A DNA stretch of 64,000 nt. Source: Octopus vulgaris. Its lineage: Eukaryota. The stretch's first letter is position 1; every line of letters starts with the position of its first letter. A program made the translations under genes and the position numbers. The stretch spans positions 102,300,001-102,364,000 of the forward strand of contig OX597821.1 in assembly GCA_951406725.2 (NCBI GenBank), written 5' to 3'. The notes under the pieces were generated by a model. That model was not told where the DNA came from, searched no databases, and saw only the letters and a list, made by a program, of their open reading frames with translations. Of the stretch, positions 27,528 through 41,008 are shown piece by piece.

Positions 27528-28998
27528 TTGCCCTTTTCGTCTATGCAGACGGTCAATTTAGCTTAGAGGTCACTTAATCGAACATATCAGGGGCTCCCTC
27601 TCTTGCAGCTTCTTGCTATGATTGAAGCACAGCTCCTGCCACAGTACTTGCATACCAAGAGGGTGGCTCGGCGCTCTGCATTTCTGTTGTTTTCCTTTCG
27701 CCGCTTCTCAACTTGTTTGTTTTTCTGTAGCTGCTCTCTAGCAGTTCCTTCCTTGACCACAGTCTTCCATGTTGTTCTGTCCTCAGCCCGCTCTTCCCAG
27801 GTGCTGACATCCAACTCACACTTGGACAAACTAGTTTTGCAAGTGTCCTTATACCTCAGTTTTGATCTTCCTCTTGGTCTCTTGCTCTGGGCCAGTTCTC
27901 CATAAAACAGTTGCTTCAGGATTCGATGGTCATCCATTCTGACATGCCCCAGCCACCCCAGTCTTCTCATACACAAGATAACTGTCATGCATTGAAGATT
28001 CGCCTGCGCCAGCACTTCAACATTGGTGACCTTGTCGCGCCATGTTAGGCCTCAGATCTTGCGGAGGCATCTGACATAGAAAATGCCGAGGCACCTTTCA
28101 TGTCTGCTGTACAAGGTTCATGTTTCAGATCCACAGAGAAGTGTGCTGAGAGCAGATGCTTCACAAATCCTCATCTTTGTCCTGATGTCTAATCTCTTGT
28201 TCTTCCATACTCGTTTTGTCAGCCTTCCCTACCCTGAGATTAATCTCATCATCAAGTGAAGTAATAGAGGAACTGGTAGACCCTAGACAGCAGAACCTGT
28301 CCACTTTCTCAAGCTCTTTGTCATCAAGCTTGATATGGCTTTTCACTGCGCCCTCCTGAGTGAGGATGACTGTCTTCTTTATACTGATGACCAAACCGAA
28401 GGCCTTGCATGCTGATGATAGGTGGTCCATCATTATTTGTAGAGTTAATTCACTGTGAGCAACAAGTGCCGCATCGTCGGCGAAGAGAAAGTCTCTTATT
28501 GTTGCTCTATTGATCTTAGTATTGGCCCAAAGTCTAGAAAGATCAAAGTGTGACCCATCAGTTCTCCAATAAAGGCAGACATCTCCTGGAAACTCTTGAA
28601 ATGCATACTGCAGCAATACAGCAAAGTAAATGCTGAAAAATATTGGTGCTAGGACATTACCTTGTTTTATTCCGCTGTTGATGTTGAAACTATCTGATAT
28701 TAAACTGTCAAACTGAATGGTGGCCTTCATGTCATCATGGAACGAAACAATGAGCTGCAGTAGTATTGGGGGACAGCCACATTTTCCAAGCACCATGTGC
28801 AGTCCTGATCTACTGACTGTATCAAATGCCTTTGTCAGATCGACAAATGTTCTTTATAGTGGTAATTGCTGCTCCCGGCATTTTTCTTGTAGTTGACGAA
28901 TGGAGACGATCATATCCATTGTTGAGCGGTTAGATCTAAAACAGCACTGGCTCTCTGGTAGCACTCTTTCTGCTAGCTTCTGAAGTCGTTTCAGAATT
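27528..28998 (-). mobile_element. 5'-truncated, disrupted RTE-clade LINE (reverse transcriptase and C-terminus)
   Basis: LPESQCCFR...FVDLTKAFDTVSR...GIKQGNVLAPIFF...FLFADDAALVAH...RRLGWLGHVRMDDHRILKQLFYGEL..KRPRGR..LRYKD; in-frame stop and frameshifts; short 3' hairpin cgtctatgcagacg. Confidence 0.9.
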
Positions 28999-29709
28999 AT
29001 ATATACATATATATATGCATTTCTAGTCCTCATAAAGTCCTTGTACCGTTTTAAATATTAATAGCATTATATTCTACAATTAATATTTAGAAGCCGGATG
29101 GTTGATTAAATGAAAATGTAAATATCTGCATTATTCTGTTTGTCAAGATATGTGAGTGTTACGTTTTTAAGAAACTTAAAAACTATAGCACGAAATCGAA
29201 GACAACCGAACTCTAACATAAGGTTATGAATATCTATAATATACGCATCAAACTTAAATCAAGAATGTGGAATTTTCACGCGTTTCATTATTTGTTAGTA
29301 ATCAGCTTTGGCTGAGACACAACGATGTCAAAACATCAAGTGTCCCAAAGTCCTCTTACACTAATTAATCAAGCGTGTTATGAAAACACACTCGTCTGAA
29401 AGTTGTTCTCCACTGACGAAATACAACATCAATGTGCATATGTTCAAATCTGCTGGGATATATTAGGAATAAATATGGACGTCACCATTTTGATTCTCGT
29501 TGCTCAACTTGCACATGATGATTTGTATATGTATCTTCCGTCGTTAGACTGTAGCCATACTGGGGCACCACATTGAACAATCGATCATCAGGGCTTATCA
29601 TGTAAATGATGATACTTATTTTATCGCTCTCTATTTAAGACGGAACGTAAACACCAACACCGCTTTCCAAGCGGAGGTGAGGAACAAACACAAAGACACA
29701 TATTTAGCT

Positions 29710-31135
29710 CACCTATAAAGCTCTCTGCTTCATAGGCGACTCGCCAGACTCAAATGACCGGAGGTACATAACCTCTTTACAACTGGGGAGGGGGGAAGGA
29801 GGAAAGTATCATGGTCAGTGAATTTTGGAAACAAAGATTTCTAGAACTACTGGGTAAGGCGGATCGGTTCCATCTGTGTCATAATGACTTTCGAAGATGA
29901 TAGCGTCATCCTAGTCGATTTATGGAGAATTTTCTCTGATGAGGACATTGATTAAATACCTCTTTTTTGGATTAAAAAGGTTTCCAGGTCGAGTTTTTCA
30001 GGATCCTTGCTCTTTCGCCCAAGCAAAGCTTACGTTTGCTCCCGTTGAGGTACAAGTCCGGTAGTTCTCGGAGCCTCTATTTAATTATATATGGTATACC
30101 CTACTCTTTTAAATGCCATACATAGCTAGTCAGAGAGGTTATGGTATCCAAAAGGAGGACCTGTGGTTATTCAGATGCTGCTTGAACGAGTCGCCTCTGG
30201 AACCAACATATTTGAGTGTCTGTGCTGGTGGTGCTACAGCCGCTGCTGTTATTACTGGACGCGATCTTGGTGTCAGAGTTGCCACCACAGCCGGGCGCAT
30301 TGCTGGTACAGTTGGTATTGATGCTGCTTTTATTGGTGGATGTGTTGTTGCTAACGCTGCCGCTGTGGTCGCCAGCACCAGTTACCACCTTAGCCGCATA
30401 CACTATACCCTTGGAGCTCCATCGACCCCACCCCACTAGGAATTCATTGGAAATCCTACACGAACATCCTGCTTCTGTTCGTGGCTTAGGGATACTCACT
30501 AATATTCTTTTAACGCTGGGCGCACAACAAACGCCCGCATCTGTGTGAAGTGTTTGTCCACTAATCTAAGGAATATCCTTCCCACGCAAATCTTGACGTT
30601 AAGTGACAAAGGTGAGGCAACCTAAGCGATTTTACGGTAGCGCTTCCTTTTGTGGGTGCTAGGGCTCAGCATAAAGAAGATGCAGTCCTTTGAACCCACG
30701 GGATGCCAAAGCCTCGTTGTAATAGGAGGCTACGGTGTCGAAAATTTCTTGTCTGGAGGACAAGTTCGAAATTCTCTTGTTGATACTCTTCACTAGGTTC
30801 TTGAACACGACAGGTGGATGATAGGAGGCTGTGTTAATGCACGAGTTTTTCGTTTGGTTTGCGGTAGGGCCTATAAGAACAGGTATTCGGGTCCAACGTA
30901 ACGTCTAAGAAGTTGAGAATGGGTCCAATTGAGCTAAGGGTGCGAATTAGGTCCTTCCCAAGCCTATCAAGGGTATGTCCGTTAGCTTCTTCAGAGATGG
31001 CTAAAGCATCATCTCAGTATAGAACAAAAGGTGTCCAGTATATACAAATCCTATAAGGTCGTAGACATCAAAGAGACGACCGGGTCAGTTTGTCTGACAC
31101 AAGCCAGATCTTTATTGAACAGCGTTTTCGTAGCA
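29710..31135 (-). mobile_element. Decayed Penelope-like retroelement (RT + GIY-YIG endonuclease)
   Basis: Manual translation gives ..DDALAISE..LDRLGKDLIRTL..NFLDVTLD..PYRKPN..HPPVVFKNL..RISNLSS..YNEAL.., then GRIFLRLVDKHF, then KYVGSRGDSFKQHLNNHRSSF..YVWHLK..KLCLGE..CPHQRKF; multiple frameshifts. Confidence 0.85.
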
Positions 31136-31158
31136 TGCCTAATTACATGTATGTATAC

Positions 31159-31209
<51 letters not shown>

Positions 31210-32667
31210 GTGGAGGCGCAATGGCCTAGTGGTTAGGGCAGCAAACTTGCGGTTTCGATTCCCAGACTGGGCGTTTTGAGTGTTTATGAAGCGAAAACAC
31301 CTAAAAGCCCCACGAGGCGCCGACAGGGGGTGGTGGGGAACCCTGCTGTACTCTTCCACCCCAACTTTCTTCCTGTTTCTGTTGTACCTGTATTTCAAAG
31401 GGTCAGCCATGTCACAGTGTCATGCTGAATCTTCCACTTGCACGTTAATTTCACGAGCAGGCTGTTCCGTTGATCGGATCAACTGAAACTCTCGTTGTCG
31501 TAACTGACGGAGTGCCACGGTGTGTATGTATGTATATATATATATATATATATACAAGCTCTTATTACAACTATTTTATGGGGACATGTTCAACCACATT
31601 TACATAAATTCAAGAGCAATATTCAAAAGACAAAATCCTCGTCGTTGAATGGCGGAGATCCATAACCAACATACAGACGTATGTGTGTGTGTGTTGGTTA
31701 TGAAAGGGAGTGTGCGAGGTGACGTTTTAAATATGAAGATATACAAGGACTTCTACAGATCCTGTCTACCTAATTCCACTCAAGAGGTTTTCGTCGTCCT
31801 AATGTTGGGACATTAAGCAATTCCCAGCTGTCACACAATGAATTTGAACCCAAAACCACAAAACTGTGGGTTGGACTTCTTAACTACGTATCTACGATAG
31901 CAATCTCATAATATCCCCGTCACTCAAAGACAATGTGGCCTCAGAGGGAAGTTTGTGGAGTTCATACGTTCTACATTGATCTTAGCAAAACCAAAGTAAC
32001 AAGGTCGATCGGTCGGCTACAAATAGCAGCCAATCGTCCTCTTAAATCAAACATTACTGTCTCACCATTATTTAACATTCACTTTCTCGACGCTTGCATA
32101 CTCTTTTACTTGTTTCAGTCACTTGACTGCGGCCATGCTGGAGCACCGCCTTTAGTCGAGCAAATCGACCCCAAGACTTATTCTTTGTAAGCCTAGTACT
32201 TATTCTATCGGTCTCTTTTGCTGAACCGCTAAGTTACAGAACGTAAACACGCCAGCATCGGTTGTCAAGCGATGTTGGGGGGACAAACACATACACACAC
32301 ATATATATATATATATATTACATATATGCGACGGGCTTCTTTCAGCTTCCGTCTACCAAATCCACTCACAAGACTTTGGTCGGCCCGAGGCGAAAGTAGA
32401 AGTCACTTGCCCAAGGTGCCATGCAGTGGGACTGAACCCGGAACCATATGGCTGGTAAGCAAGCTACATACCACACAGCTACTCCTGCACATGGGTCAGA
32501 TGGAATTTAATGAGGCACATTTTCTACAATCAGATGCTCTTTCTGTTTCCAAATAGGGCAATATTTCCCCATAGCCAGACACGTTTTCCACAGAAGACTG
32601 GAAATGACTATTGCGTGTATGACCGCGATGGTCACTCACAGCCATCACATGGGTGTTAAGACATGGG

Positions 32668-32699
<32 letters not shown>

Positions 32700-35044
32700 C
32701 ATACATACGTACGTGGTAAGTAGTTTGCTTCCCACCCCGATGATTCCGAGTTCAGTCCCCACTGCAAGGCACTTTGGGCAAGTGTCTTCCCCTATAGCAT
32801 TGAGTGAATTTGGAAGATGGAAGCTGAAAGAAGCCTGTGTGTGGACCTGTCTTTGTCTTCCACCACCACTTGACAACCAGTGTTGGTGTTTAAATTCTTC
32901 TAACTTAGCGGTTCGGCAGAAGAGACTGATGGAATAAGTACCAGGTTAAAAAGATTTGTTCAGCTAAAATTCTTCAGGGCAGTGCCCTAGCATGGCCACA
33001 GTCTTATGACTGAAACAAGTAAAAAGGTACACATACATACACACACGACAGGCACTTGCTTAAAGTGCCACACGGTGGAACTGAACCTAAGACCATATAA
33101 TTGGGAAGCAAATTTCTCAAGCACAGGGCCATGCCTGAGCCTTTATGGCATTGGATAATAATGCCCTGTGGGCAGAGGATGGGGTGGGTGAAGAACAATG
33201 GGACTGTCATGACCAGATGTCTTTCATAAAACGTTTGTTTAAATTGAGCTGACAAGAAATTAAACAGCTCCATCAACATTAAAGAAGTGGTTTGCTTATG
33301 AATAGAAAGCTAAAACCTGTTTATGCATCTATCTTGCTGAATGTTAATTTATAGTCATACAAAACTATAAAACAAAAACAAAAACAGAGCCTCTATGTGG
33401 TCACATGGCTTACTCTTTCACTTGTTTCAGTCATTTGACTGCGGCCATGCTGCAGCACCGCCTTTAGTGGAAGCAAATCGAACCCAGAACTTATTCTTTG
33501 GAAGTCTAGTACTTAGTCTATCAGTCTCTTTTGCCGAACCGCTAAGTTACGGGGACGTAGACACACCACCATCGGTTGTCAAGCGATATTGGGGGACAAA
33601 CAAAAACACACAAACATACATATATATATATAAATATACGACGGGTTTACTCTCTTTTACTTGTTTCAGTCATCTGACTGCGGCCATGCTGGAGCACCAC
33701 CTTTTAGTACTTATTCTATCGGTCTCTTTTTGCCGAACCGCTAAGTGACGGGGACGTAAACACACCAGCATCGGTTGTCAAGCAATGCTAGGGGGACAAA
33801 CACACACACATATACATACATATATACGACAGGCTTCTTTCAGTTTCCGTCTACCAAATCCACTCACAAGGCATTGGTCGGCCCGGGGCTATAGCAGAAG
33901 ACACTTACCCAAGATGCCACGCAGTGGGACTGAACCCGCAACCGTGTGGTTGGTTAGCAAGCTACTTACCACACAGCCACTCCTGGGGTTTCTTTTCAGT
34001 TTCCATCTACCAAATCTACTCACAAGGCATTGGTCGGTCCGAGGCTTTAGTAGATGACACTTGCCCAAGGAGCCACACAGTGGGAGCACCAAATCTCATT
34101 TCACATTATAACACATTGAGAAAGATTAGATCTATAAAAATAAATGCCAAAACGATTGTGTGTGTCAGTGTGTCACACTTTGACCCCCTTTCACTATTCA
34201 ATGACACTTCAACTATTTGTGCCTCCTGCTGGGGTGAGAGTAATAGTAGACATAGAAACGGGGAGGGCGGCAGTAGATTGACAGTTGTGATGGTAATGGG
34301 GTGATAGTAATAGTATGAGCTGTAGTTGTGATAGAGGCAGAGGCGATGGTGGTGGAGGCATTAATGGTGGCGGCATCAGAAGTCTGAATGGTGTGCATAT
34401 GACAGTTGTGGTGGTACTGGTGATGGTTGAAAACAATCAACAGAAAGAGAGAGAGACGGAGAGAAAGAAAGCAGTCAGACAGAAAGAAAAAAAAAATTGT
34501 ACTGACCCACAGAATAGGAAGATAAAAAATGTTATGCAGCTTTGCAATAAGTTGACAAATTATATCCTTGTTTTGATGAAAATTGTTCATTGCTTGAAAA
34601 ATACTGGTCAAGTTTAATAAAATTTAATATGTACTCAAAGCACGAAGTGTCATCGTTGGGCCCAAGGCCCAATGAAGAGCCCTCCACAGGAGCTAGCTTA
34701 AAAGCCGCTTGACAGGGGAGTTTTTAAGCTAGTATATTGCTATATACCAGTAAAGAGATAGTATGGTCTGGATTATATAAAGGCTGACTTGGGATTAACC
34801 ACCTGTGGCTCCCAGGGCCTCCTGCAGCCCTTGATGGTCTTTCCTCTATAAATATTATTTTTTGAGTCGATAAGGTGTGATTTAGTTGCTGTTTCTAGCA
34901 TATTGGACACCCAAATAAATCAGAGGTGAGGAAGCCCTTGCACACGTTCAAATTAGAAGTTGCTCAAACCAGTTCATTTCTTTCACATACTAACAAATTT
35001 CTGAAATTTAAGATGCATCATTTTTTTTTCAGGACAGATGTCAA

Positions 35045-35200
35045 TCATCATCATCATCGTTTAACGTCTGCTTTCCATGTTAGCATGGGTTGGACGGTTT
35101 GACTGAGGGCTGGCGAACCAGATGGCTACATCAGGCTCCAGTCTTGATCTGGCAGAATTTCTACAGCTGGCTGCCCTTCCTAACGCCAACCACTCCGAGA
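35045..35200 (-). mobile_element. SINE family D with a (GAT)n tail; also at ~8655-8810 and 39670-39725
   Basis: Repeated catcatcgtttaacgtc..ttccatgctagcatgggttggacgg block. Confidence 0.65.
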
Positions 35201-36335
35201 GTGATGTAACCTCACAAATGTTTATATACTTGTACTTCTCAATCTTGATACAAAAGAGGTTTTCTATTTGTTGTAGTAGTTCCCTTGTTGTTGAAGATGT
35301 AACTGCATGACTATCCATGCAATCATTCTTTACAGATCCTCATTACATGCATAGACTTACCTGTTAGTTCTTCATGCAGATGGTGACACTGAATTAAAAA
35401 ATTTATTCTGAGTGAACTTATCCCATATCAATAAGTGTATAATCTTGTGCATATACATTGATGAAAGACACTACTTCAGGAAGTATGGCAAAAGCTATGC
35501 TTAACTGATGAGGTTAGAATTAAACCAAAACCTATTTGGTGTTGTCTCTCATATTCAATAGAAAATGACAAAGAAGACCATTTTACTTCACACTCCTTAA
35601 CACAATAAGCTGAAAATTAGGTTGACTAGTTCTTGTTTGGCTTTCACTGAAGTCATTGGCATTGTATAGTGTTTGTTTTTAGCCACTTTTCTATGCTTGA
35701 ATGAGTAAGATGAAATGTGCTGAGACAGATTTTCTACAGCTGGATGCCCTTCCTGTCGCCAACTCTCACCCATTTCCAAGAAAGCACCCCCCCCCCACCA
35801 TGGCTGGACATGTTTTTCATGGAAGTTTGGAAATGAAGGACACAGCTTGTATGACAGTGGTTATTGCTTACAATAATCACATGATGTCAAAACAAGAATC
35901 CACCAACTCAGCATGCACATATACACTTCTTTTAGTTTCTCTTACTAAATCCACTCACAAGGTTTTGGTCAGCCTGGGGCTATAGTAGATGACAATGGGG
36001 CAAGGTGTATGAGCCTGTGCTGATTTTCACTGCCACCAGAGAGAAATTTGAAATTGCTAACTGATCTGCAGTCTAACGATTTTAACCTGCAGTCCACGAG
36101 AAAAATAAAACAAACATGGATGGTAACAGAATCAGCACAACACTACCATCAATTCATTTTTGTGAATATAGAAATGTATTTTTTTTTTTTTTTTATTATC
36201 AAAGATTAGTGGTCTGAATGGTTATATTAGTTAAACCTAATCCACTAACATTTCAGCAAGTAGACCTGATCTGGATTTATTATGACTATATAAGCGAAGC
36301 ATAGCCTTCACCAATTAAACAAGATATAAGAGCTG

Positions 36336-36767
36336 TTAACCCTTTAACATTTAAGCTGGTCAGAGCTGGCCTCTCACGCCTACCCCACAATGTCATTTTA
36401 AAAATAAACAATCACATCATGGTGGACCCCCATAGCCACTCCATGTTTAAAACCTAATTTTATAGAAACTTCTTCGCTAGTGTAGGTTTGCAATAGCATT
36501 CTCTGAGAGAACACGTTTCAGTGGCTGGAACCATGCTGAACTATGTTAGACATTAGAGGAAGAAACCTAGCTGTTTCATGCTATAAATACATCTAAGGCA
36601 AAATTTATTCACGGACCCTTAAAATACTACCAAAGTGCCCATAACTTACTACTTTGCTTGCATGGACCCCAGAAAATCTTATATGGATCCTGGTTGAGAA
36701 GCACTGATTTAAAACTGAATTAAAAAGCATTATGTTTGACAGAGTAATCTAAATGCTAAAAGGTTAA
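36336..36767. mobile_element. piggyBac-like MITE (TTAA TSD) with a nested hAT-like fragment
   Basis: TTAA|ccctttaacattta ... taaatgctaaaagg|TTAA; internal ggttgagaagcactg terminus. Confidence 0.55.
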
Positions 36768-37445
36768 GGGACTATTGCTTTAAGAAAATCTATACTGCTG
36801 TAAAAAAGTATTTAAGAATATGTATTTGCAAAATTAATTAAAACAACTTTGCATTAAAAAGTGGGGGAGGGAAAAAAAGCAAAATTATTAAAAAACAATA
36901 GGAAAAAATTTTTAAACGATGTTTGTCTTTAAGGCATCAAAGAATATATTATATAATATACCTGGAAAATATAAGTGGATCAAAAAGATACAAATTTTAG
37001 TGATTGTAATTCGCTTTGTGTTGTTTTTTTAAACATCTTGACTCAAAGTTGATGGTAGGATTATATGAGTCTTGTGATAGAAGTCTGAAGGACTAAGTGA
37101 GAATGTGTCTGTGGGTGTATATATATATATATATATATATCAATATATATATATACACATATTTATATCCAAAGTAAATAAAAATTATATATGGAACTGT
37201 CTTGCTACCAAAAAAATAATTTCTTTTTATCATACTTTTTTTTTTTATTATTCTACATTAAAATATATTTTTAAAATATCTAAATTTAACTTTTATTTGA
37301 AAAAAAAAAATATCAATATTGAAAATATATTTTCTTCTTGGTTCTCAATTTAAGAAATATATTTTGTATTCAGCATTTGAAGAGAAATATACCAACCATA
37401 ACCCTAAGCAGATATTTAAAAAAATAAATACATTATGAATATATC

Positions 37446-38215
37446 TTATATCATATTAAATTCTAGAACACGGAAATGGCTCTCTGTATTACCATATCGG
37501 TTACGTAACAACTGGTCCGTGGGTTGGTTGGGATCAATTTGTAAAACATTGTGATTGTGGTTGCTGTTGTTGTAGATAAGGTTGCACGGGTAATCAGCAG
37601 TAGTTGGTTCGTACTGACGAGAATGAAAATGAAGCGGATAACGATGATAGAGGTTTGATTGATAGTCCTGGAACGATTCTGATGTTCTGTCGTGATAATC
37701 ATTACCAACTTGGCAATCCGGTGTGGTGCTGTTGAAGGAATAAGGGGGTGGCAGAGGTAAATATGGCGGCTGAGCCAGATGCGATCGACTAGTGGGAGTC
37801 AGTGAAGACGGTGGGGTTGGTGTCTGGCGGCAAGATGAAGTCGAAGCATTGGAAGGAGGTGCAGGGCTGTCGGCACGAGTCGCTGGAAGGCCACTGGAAG
37901 CTGATGCCGGAGATGATGGTGCTGGTGAAGATGGGCTTTGATCAGAGGAGTAAGATGCCAGACGTCTTCGTGTGATTCGGTAATCTCGTGGTTCTTTGCC
38001 TTCACTTGATATAAGAGCTGGTAGAATACGACGCCTAGCATTGATATACCAGTTATTGACCTGCTGGATTGTCAGACCAGTGTCTTTGGCCATCTTTCGC
38101 TTTGTTTCTTCACAAGGGTAGGCACGAAATCTGTTCTGATACAGCCATTTCATAAGATAATCAACAGCCTCCTTCGGTAGATTTCCACGAGTTCGCTTTC
38201 GTTTTGAGCAGTTAT
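37446..38215 (-). CDS. TGIF: TALE-class homeobox protein, TGIF family (homeodomain exon through stop)
   Basis: Pyrimidine tract + tgtag| acceptor at 38217-38216. KRKRTRGNLPKEAVDYLMKWLYQNRFRAYPCEETKRKMAKDTGLTIQQVNNWYINARRRILP..EGKEPRDYRITRR shows the TGIF-type RGNLPK, the AYP loop, I50 and the post-homeodomain extension. Confidence 0.92.
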
Positions 38216-40132
38216 CTACAAAGAGAGGGGAGAAAGGATTAATAATACATCTGTATTAAAAAAAAGAAGAAACAATCAGTGAATTTACATTTAGGTTTGG
38301 TAAAATAACCAAGAAGGGTCTTTTCTGTTTGGCGGCTCCTGTGGAAATCACTTGTTTTAAAAATTGAAGAAATTGAAAAGTTGAAGCCAAACAGACATGA
38401 TCCAACATGATAGATAGAACTCACAACAGGAATATATTAAGCTTAATTATTTTTAAGCAACAGAAGTTGCAAACTGACTCCAGCATTGATATATATATCT
38501 TTTACTCTTTTACTTGTTTCAGTCATTTGACTGCGGCCATGCTGGAGCACCACTTTTAGTGGAATCAAATCAGCCCCAGGACTTATTCTTTGTAAGTCTA
38601 GTACTTATTCTATTGGTCTGTTTCGCTGAACCGCTAAGTTACAGAGACCTAAACACACCAGCAACGGTTGTCAAGTGATGTTGGGGGACAAACACAGGCA
38701 CACAAACATATACAGGACGGGCTTCCTTCAGTTTTCTGTCTATCAAATCCACTCACAAGGTTTTGGTCAGCCCGAGGCTATAGTAGAAGACACTTGCCCC
38801 ATGTGCCACGCAGTGGGACTGAACCCGGAACCATTTGGTTGGTATGCAAGCAACTTACTACACAGCCACTCCGGAATAAGTATTCCAGGTAATCAGGACA
38901 TTTACTAGTGCAATGTAAACAGTACCATTTATAATATTATGCTCGAGAAGATTCAGCGTGACGCAGAGTGCAACAAGGCTGGCCTTTTGAAATACAAGTG
39001 CTACAGAAACAGGGAGAAAGAGTTAGAGAAAGTTGTGGTGGAAGAATACAGCAGGGTTTCCCACCACACCCTGCTGGAGCCATGTGGAGCTTTAGGTGTT
39101 TTCACTCAATAAACACTCACAACATCCGGTCTGGGAATCGAAACCGTAATCCTATGACTGCAAATCCACTGGGCCATTGTGCCTATATATATATATTATG
39201 CACACACACACATTCAGTGAGAGGAGAGAGGGGCAGTTGGAGGAGAAAAAGTAAGCATGTGAGAGAGATGGTCACAAAGTTTTATATAGTTACTTAACAA
39301 TGCAGATGAAAAACAAGATACTTAAAATAAGCAAATAAATTAAGAAAAGGGTCTAAACTGGGTAGAGTAGTCCCCACAAGAAAAAAATTAATAGTTAGAA
39401 GTAGCAGCTAAAACTCATCAAAATCACATTCTCCCTTCAAAAGGATACTTTGTGGAACACATAAACACCAAACTTTGGAGTTGCATTTGTCTACTAAATG
39501 ACTGAAGTGGAAGAGCTATTCAATGACTTAAAAGGCTGTTAAATTCCCTTTAGAGATAAACTTAAATTGAATTTAACAGCATTATTTTAACCTTGCAGTA
39601 CAAGTAATTTGCTGTACGAATTTTTGTCTTGAAGTATGTGTGGAAATCTACAGTACAAGCACACATTGTCCCATCATCATCATCATCGTTTAGCATCCGT
39701 TTTCCATGCTAGCATGGGTTGGACTCATCTTTAAGGTAATTCAGTTAATAAAACCAGTTTACATATTTCTTTTGCATTCTCTTTTTCATAATTGTCTCTT
39801 TACTTGTAACTACACCTTTTCTGTTTTAAAACCCATAAAAAATTATTTTTGAGTGGTTTTTGTGGGGCTGGAACAGATTAATTATATTTTAGTTAATTTT
39901 AATAAGGAAAATTGATTTGTAAAACGTAAGTCGAACTCGGTCATGGCACAAATTAAACTTATACTGTGAGGTATCACTGTTTGTGTGTGTATGTATATAT
40001 ATATATATATATATATTTATCAAAATAAAAACATGATGCAAAGGATTTAGCGGTACATATACTCTATCACCTACACCACTAAATGTCATATACAGGTGCT
40101 TACAATTATCAAGTATTCACCCTGAAGTTTTC

Positions 40133-40171
<39 letters not shown>

Positions 40172-40667
40172 CCAAGTCAGCCCACAGCATTCCTTGACTG
40201 TGAGATGCATGAATTTGGTAGAGAGAGAGAGAGAGAGAGTTTGGGGGATAGTCTAAATAAGAATGATAAATTATCAATAAGAAAATTCAACTAAATAGGT
40301 CAACAAACAAATCTAGAGTAGCAATTAGTTCGACCAAATGGAAGTGAAGTGTTTCAAGACATGAAGACAATCGCTTCCAAATGATCCAATTGTTTTGAAT
40401 CAGATCAAAGAATCTAAAGAACGACACAACTCAGTACAATAAACACGAAGACTTGTAACTATGTAAGAAAGTGTAGCGTTACTACACTAGTATGTCCCTA
40501 TCCTCAAAATCATTTTGTTTTTTCATGAAGTTTTCTGCAAATACATTTCAGATGGTGTAAATCAGGTTCTCAAATGTGGTCTGTTTTATTGTGAAAATTT
40601 ATCTGCAATAAGCTGGTTACACTTCTACAATACACAAAATATTTTAGTGTTTTTTAAAAGACAATTC

Positions 40668-41008
40668 AGTACTTTTTGGTTATCTCACCCCCATTAAAAA
40701 ATTGGGCTATCTCCAAGTTTTATGAGAAATAGCAGTACTTTTGGTTATCTCACTCATCTTAAAAAATGGTGTAACCCCCAATAAAACAAAAAAAAAGAAC
40801 AAAAGTGAAAAGATGAAACATCTTACTAAATCTGATATTTTTATAACAAATCATTCCATGTCTTTTGAGGAGACCAAACGTCAACAATGTGTTGAAGTAC
40901 TGAATCAAAAGGATTCAACTCTTAATCCAATCTGTCGCCACATAAGCTCAATATTTTAATGGGGAGATAAGCCATTTTTGAATGGGGGTGAGATAAACAA
41001 AAAGTATC
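40668..41008. mobile_element. Merlin-like MITE family 1
   Basis: TIR (G/A)GTACTTTTTGGTTATCTCACCCC; perfect 8-bp TSD gacaattc (40660-40667, 41009-41016). Confidence 0.75.

Noticed and set aside
30113-30548. Four overlapping ORFs
   Set aside because: Frames across the low-complexity linker and GIY-YIG part of the decayed Penelope-like element.
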